Shown: positions 29,839-40,431, numbered from the stretch's first letter. The stretch is DNA of 64,000 nucleotides from a bacterium (GCA_030693205.1 JAUYBG010000010.1:2059-66058), one strand, 5' to 3'. Numbers and translations are program-made. The notes: a model not told the origin generated them from the sequence alone.

Positions 29839-30240
29839 ATGTCTAAGATCCTAGCCATTGATTATGGAGAAAAAAGAGTGGGGCTGGCCACGGCCATTGA
29901 GGAGCTGAAAGTAGCTTTGCCTTTTGGCATTATTGAAAACAAAGGGTATCTTGATCTGGTGCCGGAAATTATGGAAATTTGCCGGAAAGAAATGGTAACT
30001 AGAATTGTAGTGGGTATTCCCGCGGGTTTAAGCGGAAAACCGACCGAGCAAACCATAAAAACCAAAAAATTTATTGAGATATTGAGGGAAAAAACAGGCA
30101 TTCCGGTAGAGGAACAAAGTGAAATTTTCACTTCACACGAAGCGAGAGGCATATTCAAAGATGCCGGAGTCAAAAAGAAGAGAATTGATGAATCTGCGGC
30201 GGTTCTAATCCTGGCGGATTATCTGGAAAGGCGGGGATAA
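29839..30240 (+). CDS. ruvX: Putative pre-16S rRNA nuclease / Holliday-junction-resolvase-like YqgF
   Basis: ILAIDYGEKRVGLA...RIVVGIP. Confidence 0.85.
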   Translation: MSKILAIDYGEKRVGLATAIEELKVALPFGIIENKGYLDLVPEIMEICRKEMVTRIVVGIPAGLSGKPTEQTIKTKKFIEILREKTGIPVEEQSEIFTSHEARGIFKDAGVKKKRIDESAAVLILADYLERRG

Positions 30241-30280
30241 CCCGCCTTTTATAGTTTTGATAAATGTGGTATAATAAGGC

Positions 30281-30345
30281 AGGATTTAAGATTTATGATT
30301 TACGAATATTTTTTTACTTTTTCTTAAATCTTAAATCATAAATCA
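30281..30345. repeat. GATTTA/TAAATC inverted-repeat hairpin element, copy 3
   Basis: ggatttaagatttatgatttacg ... cttaaatcttaaatcataaatc. Confidence 0.6.
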
Positions 30346-30375
30346 AAAACATATTTTAATTAATTAAACCAGCTT

Positions 30376-31125
30376 ATGGATAATGAAACCGATAATTTAA
30401 AAAACAGCGTTTATCTCTCTGTCATTGTTCCCGCCTATAATGAAGAAAGTCGAATTAAAAAAACATTAGAATCAATTGCCGCATTTTTATCGCGGCAAAA
30501 TTATCTGGCAGAGGTTTTAGTGGTTTGCGACGGGTCTATCGATAAGACTGCCGAAATTTCAAAATTATTTTCTGAGAAAATTTATAATCTTAGAGTTATA
30601 GAGAATAAAGAAAATCACGGCAAGGGATATGTAACGAGGCAGGGCATGCTTGAGGCGCGCGGCGCGTTTCGTGTTTTTATGGATGCTGACAATGCCACTT
30701 CGCTGGATCAAGTTGACAGATTTTTACCTTTTTTTAAAGAAGGATACGATGTGGTGATCGGCGACAGAGATCTGAAAGAAAGCAAAATCGCGGTTCATCA
30801 ATCGCGCCTTAAAGAGCTCCTGGGTGATTTTGGAAATTTTTTGATACAAATACTGGCAGTGCCCGGCATAGAGGATACCCAGTGCGGGTTCAAGGTTTTT
30901 AGCAAAAAAGCTTCCGAAGAAATATTTAAGAAGATGACCATCGATAGATGGGGCTTTGATATTGAAGCTTTGGCGCTGGCTCTCAAACTTGGCTATAAAA
31001 TTAAAACTGTGCCGATTGTCTGGGTTAACGATCCTAATTCCAAAGTAAATTTTAGCGGGTATATTAATACTTTTGTGGAATTAGCCAGGATAAAATGGAA
31101 TTTAATGACGGGAAAATATAACTAA
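30376..31125 (+). CDS. Family-2 glycosyltransferase (dolichyl/polyprenyl-phosphate hexosyltransferase-like)
   Basis: LSVIVPAYNEE, DGS.D.T and DAD motifs. Confidence 0.8.
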   Translation: MDNETDNLKNSVYLSVIVPAYNEESRIKKTLESIAAFLSRQNYLAEVLVVCDGSIDKTAEISKLFSEKIYNLRVIENKENHGKGYVTRQGMLEARGAFRVFMDADNATSLDQVDRFLPFFKEGYDVVIGDRDLKESKIAVHQSRLKELLGDFGNFLIQILAVPGIEDTQCGFKVFSKKASEEIFKKMTIDRWGFDIEALALALKLGYKIKTVPIVWVNDPNSKVNFSGYINTFVELARIKWNLMTGKYN

Positions 31126-31130
31126 TTCAA

Positions 31131-31205
31131 GTGATTTAAGATTAAAGATTTACGATTTAAGAATAATCAAAGATTCATAAATCATAAATCATAATTCATA
31201 AATCT
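31131..31205. repeat. GATTTA/TAAATC inverted-repeat hairpin element, copy 4
   Basis: gtgatttaagattaaagatttacgatttaag ... cataaatcataaatcataattcataaatc. Confidence 0.6.
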
Positions 31206-31209
31206 TTTT

Positions 31210-32202
31210 ATGTCTTCTTTATCTGAAATTCGCCAGGATCTAGTTAGCGGCGCGTGGGTTGTGATCGCCACCGGACGCGCTAAACGCCCCGACGATTTTA
31301 AGAACAAAAAAGATCAAAAACCCAACGAAAACGGGGGCGAATGTTTTTTTTGCGATATGTCAAAACAGGCCAAACCGGTTTTGGTTTACGAAAAGTCGAA
31401 AGGGGACTGGACAGTAGCGGTCGTGCCCAATAAATACCCGGCTTTTGATTACTCGAAGAAACTGGATAGGCGGACCGAAGGGCCTTTTTCAGTAGTCAAT
31501 GGCGTCGGATATCACGAAGTTATAATTACGCGAGATCACGCAAAGCACATTGCACTTATGAGCACGGTTCAGGTTATGGAAATAATAAACGCTTATCAGG
31601 AGCGATACTTGAATTTAATGAATAAGAGATTTGTGGATTATATTTCTATTTTTCACAATCATGGCAAAGAAGCGGGAGCGTCGGTCAATCATCCCCATTC
31701 GCAACTGATCGCTATGCCGGTCATTGATCCGGATGTTTACCGGAGCTTGAACGGCTCTGATAATTATTGGCATCAGAACAAAGAATGCGTTCATTGCGTA
31801 ATGATCGATTGGGAAAAAGAAAATAAAAAAAGAGTTATATTTGAAAATAAAGATTTTATCGCGTTTTGTCCTTTTGCCTCGCGGAGCGCTTTTGAAGCGC
31901 GGATCTACCCCAAATTTCACGCGCCGTATTTTGAGAGAATTACTCCGGCCGGCAAGATCCAGCTTGCGGAAGCGCTAAGGATAGTTTTGGCAAAGATCAA
32001 TATAGGGCTGGATAATCCGCCGTATAATTTTTTCTTGCATACCGCGCCTTGCGACGGCAAAGATTATCCTCATTATCATTGGCATTTTGAAATTATGCCG
32101 AAAACTTCCATTTGGGCCGGTTTTGAACTAAGCACCGGAATCGAAATTTCCACTATTGAGCCGGAAAAAGCGGCTGAGTTTTTAAGAGAGCAAAAAGTTT
32201 AG
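31210..32202 (+). CDS. GalT-family (HIT superfamily) nucleotidyltransferase, galactose-1-phosphate uridylyltransferase-like
   Basis: HPHSQLIAMP (HxHxQ), Cys/His zinc site CFFC..., and length. Confidence 0.75.
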   Translation: MSSLSEIRQDLVSGAWVVIATGRAKRPDDFKNKKDQKPNENGGECFFCDMSKQAKPVLVYEKSKGDWTVAVVPNKYPAFDYSKKLDRRTEGPFSVVNGVGYHEVIITRDHAKHIALMSTVQVMEIINAYQERYLNLMNKRFVDYISIFHNHGKEAGASVNHPHSQLIAMPVIDPDVYRSLNGSDNYWHQNKECVHCVMIDWEKENKKRVIFENKDFIAFCPFASRSAFEARIYPKFHAPYFERITPAGKIQLAEALRIVLAKINIGLDNPPYNFFLHTAPCDGKDYPHYHWHFEIMPKTSIWAGFELSTGIEISTIEPEKAAEFLREQKV

Positions 32203-32214
32203 TAGATCAAAATC

Positions 32215-32339
32215 ACTGCATTTGTCATTCCGAACTTGTTTCGGAATCTATAATAGTATCTGTAGCGCTCAATAGAATCAATAAAAATATAAACGAGTAT
32301 TAAAGATCCTGAAATAAATTCAGGATGACAAAATAAATT
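32215..32339 (+). promoter_or_regulatory. Structured 5' leader of tpiA: an outer TTTGTCAT/ATGACAAA stem enclosing two hairpins and ending 7 nt before the ATG
   Basis: The inverted repeats are seen directly in the sequence (cattccgaa/ttcggaatc and cctgaa/ttcagg). Confidence 0.35.
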
Positions 32340-33107
32340 ATGACCGATCGAAAAATCATTATTGCCAATTGGAAAATGAATCCGGAAACTTTTAGCGAAG
32401 CCAGGGAGCTTTTTAATGCTATAAAAAAAGAAACGAGAAAGACGGAAAACGCGGAAGTGATCATTGCTTCTCCCGCGCTTTGGCTTCCGCAATTGAAGAT
32501 CAATGATGGCGATAATATAAGCATTGGAGCGCAAAATATGCATTGGGAGGAAAAAGGCGCTTATACCGGAGAAATTTCCCCGGTAATGCTTAAAGACGCG
32601 ATGGTGAAATACGTAATTGTCGGGCATTCGGAAAGAAGAATGTATTTTGGGGAAACTGACAATACGATAAACGCAAAAATTTTAGCGGCTTTTAAAAATA
32701 AACTGATACCGATCTTGTGCATTGGCGAAAAACTTGAAGAAAAAAACGAAGAAAAGACTCAGGATGTTATTAAAAAACAGATAAATGACGCTTTCGCCAA
32801 TATTACGGAAAACGAAGTTGAGGCGAATAAAATTTTTATTGTTTATGAGCCGATTTGGGCGATAGGAAGCGGCTTAATTCCGACTTTTGATGATATTTTA
32901 AGCTCCAAATTGCTGATCAAAAAAATGCTTGCTGGTTTTTATAGCCGGCAGGTTGCCGATAAGGTTCCAATTTTATATGGAGGAAGCGTCAGCAGCCAGA
33001 ACGCGAAGGATATTATCAATAAAGGCAATATGGATGGTTTGCTGGTAGGAGGATCAAGCATTAAAGCAAATGAGTTCATAAATATAATAAAAGCGGTGTC
33101 AAATTAA
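32340..33107 (+). CDS. tpiA: Triosephosphate isomerase
   Basis: IIANWKMN, VGHSERR, EPIWAIGSG and YGGSV motifs. Confidence 0.95.
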   Translation: MTDRKIIIANWKMNPETFSEARELFNAIKKETRKTENAEVIIASPALWLPQLKINDGDNISIGAQNMHWEEKGAYTGEISPVMLKDAMVKYVIVGHSERRMYFGETDNTINAKILAAFKNKLIPILCIGEKLEEKNEEKTQDVIKKQINDAFANITENEVEANKIFIVYEPIWAIGSGLIPTFDDILSSKLLIKKMLAGFYSRQVADKVPILYGGSVSSQNAKDIINKGNMDGLLVGGSSIKANEFINIIKAVSN

Positions 33108-33108
33108 A

Positions 33109-33210
33109 TAAAAATTAAAAGTGAAAAATTAAAAACGATAGATAAAAATTAAAAATTTTAGATTTTAAATTATCATTTTTAGTTTTTCGTTTTAAATTTT
33201 TCATTTATAT
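33109..33210. repeat. AT-rich imperfect palindrome in the tpiA-fba spacer
   Basis: The left arm gaaaaattaaaaacga is mirrored by tcgttttaaatttttc. Confidence 0.4.
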
Positions 33211-34071
33211 ATGTTTTTTCCCGCAAAAAAATTACTGCTTGATGCCAGGCGGCGCGGTTACGCGATTGGCGCTTTTAATACCGGAAATCTCGAAATAACT
33301 CAGGCAATAATCAATGCCGCAGTGGCGAAAAAATCGCCGATAATTATTAATGTCTCGGAAGCGGCCATTGAATACGCCGGACTCGATGCTATCGTTTCCA
33401 TTATAAGATCTTTGGGCGCTGATAGAGAGGCGAAAAAAATACCGATGGCGATCCAGGTTGATCATGGAAAAAAGATCGAGAGATTTCCCGATTATATTAA
33501 AGCCGGATTTACCGCGCTGATGATGGATGCCTCAAGGCTTTCTTACGAAGAAAATGTTTCTTTGACCGCAAAGACGGTAAAATTGGCGCATAAACATAAA
33601 GTTAGCGCGCAAGGCGAGCTGGGCGCTGTGCCTTATAAAGGCGAAGAAGCGAAATTCAATGTTTGGGAAAAAGCGATGACTGATCCAGAGCAGGCGAAAG
33701 AATTCGTGAAAAAGACGGGAGTGGATTATCTGGCGGTGGCGATCGGCAATGCTCATGGTTTTTACAAAGAGCGGGAAGATCTGGATTTTATTCGTTTGAA
33801 AAAAATATTTCAGCTTGTCAAAATTCCTTTGGTGCTTCATGGCGCATCGGATTTTCCGGATATCAAGATAAAAGACGCAATTCGGAGAGGGGTGGCATTG
33901 TTCCATATCGATACGGATATACGAGTGGCTTTTAGTTTTGCCATAAAAGAATATTTGGGAAAAAATCCGGCCGAATACGATCCCAGGAAGATCTTGGCTT
34001 TTGCCAGGAAAAAAACCCAAGACGCGGTCGAGAAAAAAATGGAAGTTTTCGGCAGCGCGGGAAAAGCGTGA
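33211..34071 (+). CDS. fba: Class II fructose-bisphosphate aldolase
   Basis: GYAIGAFN and metal-ligand His residues in QVDHG and LHGASDF. Confidence 0.9.
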   Translation: MFFPAKKLLLDARRRGYAIGAFNTGNLEITQAIINAAVAKKSPIIINVSEAAIEYAGLDAIVSIIRSLGADREAKKIPMAIQVDHGKKIERFPDYIKAGFTALMMDASRLSYEENVSLTAKTVKLAHKHKVSAQGELGAVPYKGEEAKFNVWEKAMTDPEQAKEFVKKTGVDYLAVAIGNAHGFYKEREDLDFIRLKKIFQLVKIPLVLHGASDFPDIKIKDAIRRGVALFHIDTDIRVAFSFAIKEYLGKNPAEYDPRKILAFARKKTQDAVEKKMEVFGSAGKA

Positions 34072-34105
34072 TCTTTGGCGGATAATTTTATTAATGTAAT
34101 TTTTT

Positions 34106-34543
34106 ATGTTCTTCCTCGATTTTTTCCGCCGCTTGAAAGACAAGCACGGACAAAAAGTTTCATTTCTTATTTTAGTGTCTTTTCTGTTCGCTTTCGTGGT
34201 GGCGAGAGTATATGCTTTGGTTGCTGCGCCAATTTTGGAAATAGGAGGAGTTCATATTCATCATTTGAATTTTGGCATCAGTTTATTGGCCATTTCCGGT
34301 TTGCTTGGATTTTATTTCTCCAATTCCAGATGGCGGAATAAAATAATCACTTTATATGGTATTGGCCTGGGGCTCACATTCGATGAGTTTGGCATGTGGC
34401 TTCATCTGGAAGATCACTACTGGACGCGCGTCAGCTATGATGCGATTATAATTATTTCTCTTATTTTATTGAATGCCATATTTTTTGGCGAACGCTGGTT
34501 ACGGATTTTGAAATATATTTTTTCCGGAGCAAAAAATAAATAA
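34106..34543 (+). CDS. Hypothetical membrane protein (4 TM)
   Basis: Hydrophobic segments only. No motif. Confidence 0.45.
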   Translation: MFFLDFFRRLKDKHGQKVSFLILVSFLFAFVVARVYALVAAPILEIGGVHIHHLNFGISLLAISGLLGFYFSNSRWRNKIITLYGIGLGLTFDEFGMWLHLEDHYWTRVSYDAIIIISLILLNAIFFGERWLRILKYIFSGAKNK

Positions 34544-34567
34544 TTTTATAAAAAAATTTGAGAGGGG

Positions 34568-35248
34568 GTGACGATAATGTTGGCTTATGAAAATATAAAT
34601 ATCGAAGTGGCAACCGCAATTTGGGATAAAATGGTCGCTTTTTTTCTTAATTTGGCGCTGGTTTTCGGAATAATAATTTTTGGTTGGATTATTGCGGTGA
34701 TCGTCGGAAGAATTGTCCGTCAAATTCTAAAAGCTATCAACATTGACAGTCTTTTGGTTGCAAGCGGATTGAAAGAAAGGTTTGAAAAATCCGGCATAAA
34801 AATGAGCTTGGTCAGGATTGGCGAAGATGCGGCCAAATGGATAATAATTTTGCTGACCGTTACTATCGCGACTGAATCCGTTGGATTGGGACAGGTTTCA
34901 AGTTTTTTGAACAATATCCTGAATTATATTCCGAATATAATAATTGCGGTAATAATTTTGGGTATTGGCATTTTGATAGCGGAGTTTTCTTACCGAATTG
35001 TCAGCGGCAGCTTCAAGACCGCGGCGTTCGGTTCGCCGAAAATTTTTGGCGAAATGGCCAAATGGGCGATAATAATCTTTGCGCTTCTAATCGCGCTTGA
35101 CCAATTGGGTTTGCAGCTGGAGTTTGTTAAGATCTTGTTTACCGGAATGGTGGCGATGATCGCTATTGCCGGAGGCATTGCTTTCGGTTTAGGCGGAAGA
35201 GATATGGCTAAGGGAATTTTAGAAAAAACCAGAGAGAGAATGAAGTAA
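34568..35248 (+). CDS. Membrane protein with repeated conserved-TM-helix units, resembling the N-terminal module of MscS-like proteins
   Basis: Internal repeats of a roughly 55-aa hydrophobic unit. Confidence 0.45.
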   Translation: MTIMLAYENINIEVATAIWDKMVAFFLNLALVFGIIIFGWIIAVIVGRIVRQILKAINIDSLLVASGLKERFEKSGIKMSLVRIGEDAAKWIIILLTVTIATESVGLGQVSSFLNNILNYIPNIIIAVIILGIGILIAEFSYRIVSGSFKTAAFGSPKIFGEMAKWAIIIFALLIALDQLGLQLEFVKILFTGMVAMIAIAGGIAFGLGGRDMAKGILEKTRERMK

Positions 35249-35478
35249 GATTATCATAGCTTGTGTTGCGCGTTAAATTATGCCTGATAATAAAGGCGGA
35301 GTATTTTGTATTTTTTAGGTTATATTTTTAATGTGGATAACACGCGTAAAAATATTTTCTTAAACATTGTCTTGTAATATTAAGCAATTTCAATTCTTAA
35401 CTATGTTTGGCAATCTATTGCGTTAGATAACCTCTTTTTAAAGATAGATACGCAAAATGCTTCTGCCTGCCAAAGGTC

Positions 35479-35544
35479 TTGACAAGGTTATTGGATATGC
35501 TAGTATATATGGGACTTGACAAGATAATTTGATGTGGTAATATA
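35479..35544 (+). promoter_or_regulatory. Tandem sigma70-like promoters upstream of the 23S rRNA
   Basis: TTGACA-N16-TAGTAT (35479..35506) and TTGACA-N16-TAATAT (35516..35543). Confidence 0.55.
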
Positions 35545-36349
35545 AATAGGCATTTAGAGAGAAAAACCATCATTAAACTAATTATTAGGGACAGAGACGG
35601 AAACTTTTATTTTATAAATTATTTTATGGAATATTTAACGACAACCTACCAGGAAAGGAAGCGCAAAAGTTAAACGTCATTATTTTAGTTTTATTAATTG
35701 CCCGCTTCCAAGAGAAAGACGGGTTTTTTAGTTAAAAAAAATAAATTTGTGTGAAAATTGCAGTACATTAAAAATAATGTATCGCAATTTCTACACAACA
35801 GTTTGGGTAGAAAGTTCGCTTACAATTTATATTTATTATAGTCTTAAATCGTCAAGAGGATATTTATTTGCTCTGATCTGCCAATTTGGCGGAACAATGC
35901 GGGTAAGATATTCTAAAGTAAACAACCCCGAACCAATCTGCCAGCGAGCAGATGCTACGGGGTAAAAATCTTCAAAACTAGTAATCGCTGATTGCTAGTT
36001 AAAGTAAAAATGAAAAACTCATACTAAGAGTATATGGTGGATGCCTTGACATAAAAAGTCGATGAAGGACGTGGTGTAACTACGAAAAGCCTCGGTGAGC
36101 CGTTAACAGGCCGTGACCCGGGGGTATCCGAATGGGGAAACCCTTCTGAGTAAACCTCAGAAATTATTATCTGAATTAAGTAGGGTAATAAAGAGAACCT
36201 AGGGAAGTGAAACATCTCAGTACCTAGAGGAAAAGAAAAAAATGTTAATATTGATAACGGTGGCAGACATTATTTATTTAATGCCTACATCGGTATCGGT
36301 ATTATTTATTCCCTGAGTAGTGGCGAGCGAAATGGGAAAAGCCTAAACC

Positions 36350-36592
36350 TCTCGATGCGTGACATCGGAATTTTCAAGCACCAATTTTCAAGCACCAAAC
36401 AAAATTTAAATAACCAAAATTCAAAACTCCAAACAAATTGGAATTTAGAAAATTGGGATTTGGAATTTGATTGGGATTTGGAATTTGGGATTTGGAGCTT
36501 CCGCTGTTGCGCAGCGGGTGGTGTTGCAAGGTGGGTGCGTTATCGGAGTAATCCGGTACAGAGCTAACTAAATGTAATTTGATTAGTCAAAT
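36350..36592 (+). repeat. Roughly 220-nt expansion segment with tandem repeats inside the 23S 5' domain
   Basis: It lies between the conserved GAGCCTAAACC and TTCCTGGAAAGGACG. It contains ttttcaagcacca repeated twice and gggatttggaattt-like units repeated three times. Confidence 0.7.
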
Positions 36593-36762
36593 GTTCCTGG
36601 AAAGGACGACCAAAGAGGGTGATAGTCCCGTAGATGAAAATCATTACATGCTCTGAGTATCTATTCTTAAGTACCATAGGGCCAGAGAAACCCTATGGGA
36701 ATCCGGCAGTACTACTAACTTTGTCGCAAGACAAACTGCCAAGGCTAAATACTTTTTATGAT

Positions 36763-36799
<37 letters not shown>

Positions 36800-38252
36800 T
36801 AGCCCGTTTAGGGCAGTGAAATAGAAACTGAAATCATATACTTACAACGAGTGGGAGCCTTGCTTCGGCAGGGTGACCGCGTGCTTTTTGCAGAACGAAC
36901 CAACGAGTTTGCTAGGTATTGCAAGTCTAAGCTCTTCGGAGCGGAGGCGTAGTGAAAGCGAGGGTTAAATACCCGTTTAGCAATACTTACAAGACCCGAA
37001 ACCAGGTGAGCTAGCCATGAGCAGGATGAACCTCAACGAAAGTTGAGGGGAGGTCCGAACCCATTAGCCGTGCAATACTATGGGATGACTTGTGGTTAGG
37101 GATGAAATTTCAATCGAACTTGGTAATAGCTGGTTCTCTCCGAAATAGCTATAGGGCTAGCGTCCTTTGTTCCACTTTGGGGGTAGAGCACTGAATGGAC
37201 ACGGCTGGACTTTTGTCTACCTTGTCCAAACAAACTCCGAATACCAAAGTGCCAGAGAAGGGCAGTCAGAACGTGAGGGCTAAGCTTCACGCTCAAAAGG
37301 GGAACAGCCCAGATCGTCGTCTAAGGTCCCTAAATCTATGCTAAGTGATTTTAAGGAAGTGAGGTTTCTTAAACAGCTAGGAAGTTGGCTTAGAAGCAGC
37401 CATCTTTTAAAGAGTGCGTAACAGCTCACTAGTCTACTGAAATCTTGCGCCGAAAATGTCCGGGGCTAAGCATAGTACCGAAGACACGGGTTGTCATGTC
37501 CTCCGGGATGTGGCAGCGGTAGGAGAGCGTTCCATACGCAGTGAAGTCTGAGCGCGAGTAAAGATGGAGTGTATGGAAGTGAGAATGTTGGTATGAGTAA
37601 CATGAATTATGGTGAGAAACCATAACACCGAAAGCTTAAGGTTTCCTGGGCAACGAAAATCAACCCAGGGTTAGTCGGTCCTAAGGCGAGGTCGAAAGAC
37701 GTAGTCGATGGATAGCTGGTTAATATTCCAGCACTACTATATGTCATGATATGGAAGGACGCAATGTGGGAGGTTGGGCACATTATTGGATTTGTGTCAA
37801 TATCTTGTAGGCTGATTCGCGAGGCAAATCCCGTGGATCTTTGAAAGCAATTTCATAAAAGCCGAGAGATGTTGGAACTTCTGCCTAAGGGCGGGAGAAC
37901 CTAACTGGGGTCATGTTGCCAAGAAAATTTTCTAATTTATCATATAGTAACCGTACCGCAATCCGACACAGGTGAGCAGGCATCAGCGTGCCAAGGTGTA
38001 CGGGAGAACTCTTGTTAAGGAATTCGGCAAAACAACGGCCGTAACTTCGGGATAAGGCCTGCCTATCGCAAGATAGGCTGCAATAAAAGAAATCAGGGCG
38101 ACTGTTTAACAAAAACACAGGTCTATGCTAACCCGCAAGGGGATGTATATGGGCCGACGCTTGTCCAGTGTCAGAACGTTAAGGTTGGAAGTGAAAGCTT
38201 TCGGCTGAAGCGCTGATGAACGACAGCGGTAACTATAACCGTTCTAAGGTAG

Positions 38253-38630
38253 TGGATTTACTTAAGGAAGTGAATTCACTAGGATTGGAACGGCTATAGG
38301 GAGAACAGTCAAGGAAAAAAAGTAGCTGCCCATTTCTGTAAAAAGAAATGTCCATTTGGCCATATGCTGGAAACTCTGGTGAATCTGATGTTACTATGGT
38401 ATAATACGCACATAGACAATATGAGAAAATATTATGCCGAGTAAAAATACATTCAGTGCAGACAATCAGCAGGAAAGGCCAGAAATATTATAATATTTCT
38501 GGAATCCTCAGAGATCAAACGCCAAAACCATTGATAGAAAGATGGTAAGATATGACCCTATCTCTATGGCGACATAGAGGGATATCAACAAATATCCATT
38601 TCGTTTAATGACGGAATAAAAACAAATGAG
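38253..38630 (+). other. Roughly 378-nt insertion in 23S rRNA at the conserved GGUAG|CGAAAUUCC site. It is a candidate ORF-less group I intron or an intervening sequence.
   Basis: The conserved flanks are contiguous in typical 23S rRNAs. The insert is AT-rich with no long ORF. Confidence 0.6.
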
Positions 38631-39191
38631 CGAAATTCCTTGTCACTTAATTAGTGACGTGCATGAATAGCGGAACGACCCTGGTACTGTCTCAACAAGT
38701 GACCCGGTGAAATCGCATTAACAGTGAAGATGCTGTTTACCTGCAGCTAGACGAAAAGACCCTATGAAGCTTTACTATAACTTGGTATTGAGCCAAATTT
38801 TGAAATGCTTAGAATAGGTGGGAGACTTCGATCCTTAATCTCCGGATTAAGGGGAGTCGCAATATGAAATACCACTCTTTTTACAATTTTGTTCTAACCT
38901 CATACCGTAATCCGGTATAGGAACAGTGCCTGGCGGGTAGTTTGACTGGGGCGGTTGCCTCCTAAAAAGTAACGGAGGCGTTTAAAGGTCGGCTAGGCGC
39001 GGATGGAAATCGCGCTGATAGCGCAAAAGCATAAGCCGGCTTTACTGTGAGACTGACGGGTCGAACAGTTGCGAAAGCAGAATTTAGTGATCCGATGTGT
39101 CCATGTAGGTGGCACAAAGCTCAACGGATAAAAGCTACTCTAGGGATAACAGGCTAGTCCAGTCCAAGCGTCCATAGCGACGACTGGGTTC

Positions 39192-39227
<36 letters not shown>

Positions 39228-39775
39228 AAGAAGCTCCCAAGGGTTTGGCTGTTCGCCAACTAAAGCGGTACGTGAGCTGGGTTCAAACCGTCGTGAGACA
39301 GGTTGGACTCCTATCTACTGCAGGCGTAGATACTTGCGAGAACTCTTTTCTAGTACGAGAGGACCGAAAAGAACGAACCTCTGGTGCACCAATTGTCATG
39401 CCAATGGCATAGTTGGGTAGCTAAGTTCGGACGAGATAAACGCTGAAAGCATATAAGCGTGAAACTCATCTCAAGATTAGGTATCATAGATTCCAGAGAG
39501 ATGATCTGGTAAAATTCTGTCGCAAGACAGAACTGATAGGGTGCAGGTGTAAGTGTAGCAATACATTCAGCCGAGCACTACTAATGAATCATTGGAGTTT
39601 TTCATAACTTACTTTAACCGGCAATTAGCGGGTGTTATGAGAAGATAATGTTTATGATTGATTTGAATACTATATAAATATAAATTTAAGGGAATACGAA
39701 TTTTAGGTATTTACCCCGTTAAATAAAATTTTAATAAATTTTGGATTGTTTTTTTTACAATTCATTTAATAGGGG

Positions 39776-39804
39776 TTGACATTTTATAAAATTAGTGATA
39801 TTGT
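39776..39804 (+). promoter_or_regulatory. Promoter (TTGACA-N17-TATTGT) inside the 23S-5S spacer
   Basis: Consensus -35 and a reasonable -10 about 35 nt upstream of an ATG. Confidence 0.45.
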
Positions 39805-39839
39805 TATTCAGTAAATCATTAATATATAAAAATAAAATC

Positions 39840-40181
39840 ATGGATTCAGAAAAATTTGTTCCAGAAGAAGCAAAAGAGGAATATAGAACAATTAAAATTG
39901 GTGGAAAAGAAGTTAAAATTAAAAAACCAAAAAGACCAGAAGTTGTAGAAGCGGAAGAAAAAGAACAAGGTGAGCCTTCAGAAACAGAGGTTATACCGGA
40001 GCCAGGTTGGGAAAACTATGGAAAAGATACAGCGAAGCGATTGAGTGATGAAGTTTCAGATTCGGCAGGAGAGCGTCTTATTGATTTTGATAAGTTGGAT
40101 GATAACAAAGATAACGAAAAAACTCCTAAGACGGCAAAAGAAGCGATTGAATTATTAAAGAAAAGCAAAGAAGCAAAATAA
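39840..40181 (+). CDS. Small acidic/Lys-rich protein (113 aa) encoded between the 23S and 5S rRNA genes
   Basis: ORF with a low-complexity E/K-rich sequence and its own promoter. The ORF-track start at 39795 was trimmed to MDSEKF. Confidence 0.45.
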   Translation: MDSEKFVPEEAKEEYRTIKIGGKEVKIKKPKRPEVVEAEEKEQGEPSETEVIPEPGWENYGKDTAKRLSDEVSDSAGERLIDFDKLDDNKDNEKTPKTAKEAIELLKKSKEAK

Positions 40182-40303
40182 GATTTGTTTTAAAATTATT
40201 TCATTGAAAATTGATTGTAAATTGAAAATTGAGATTTGTCTGGCTATGCCAGATCCCGCGTAGCGGGAAAAATTAACAACCTCAGTCCTAAAGGACTGGA
40301 ATT

Positions 40304-40421
40304 TGCCCCGGTGCTATAATGGCGGTAATGTACCACCTCTTCCCATTCCGAACAGAGTCGTGAAAGTTACCAGCGCCGATGGTAGTTGGTTTACCAGCGA
40401 GAGTAGGCCAGTGCCGGGGCA
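40304..40421 (+). rRNA. rrf: 5S rRNA
   Basis: TGCCCCGGTG...CCATTCCGAAC...GCGCCGATGGTAG...GAGAGTAGG...CCGGGGCA. Confidence 0.9.
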
Positions 40422-40431
40422 TTATCACTAA

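Noticed and set aside
33211-34341. Possibility that TGA is recoded as Gly/Trp, as in some CPR lineages, prompted by the RF1 PTT motif
   Set aside because: fba (34069..34071) and the AI-2E gene (21151..21153) terminate with TGA at the expected protein ends. The read-through frame after the fba TGA gives non-protein-like sequence, so the standard code 11 fits.
36355-36567. Repeated ttggaatttggga units that might suggest a CRISPR or minisatellite locus, and the ORF 36355..36567
   Set aside because: The repeats lie inside the 23S rRNA gene between conserved rRNA blocks. They are contiguous tandem units with no spacers. The ORF is a chance frame within rRNA.
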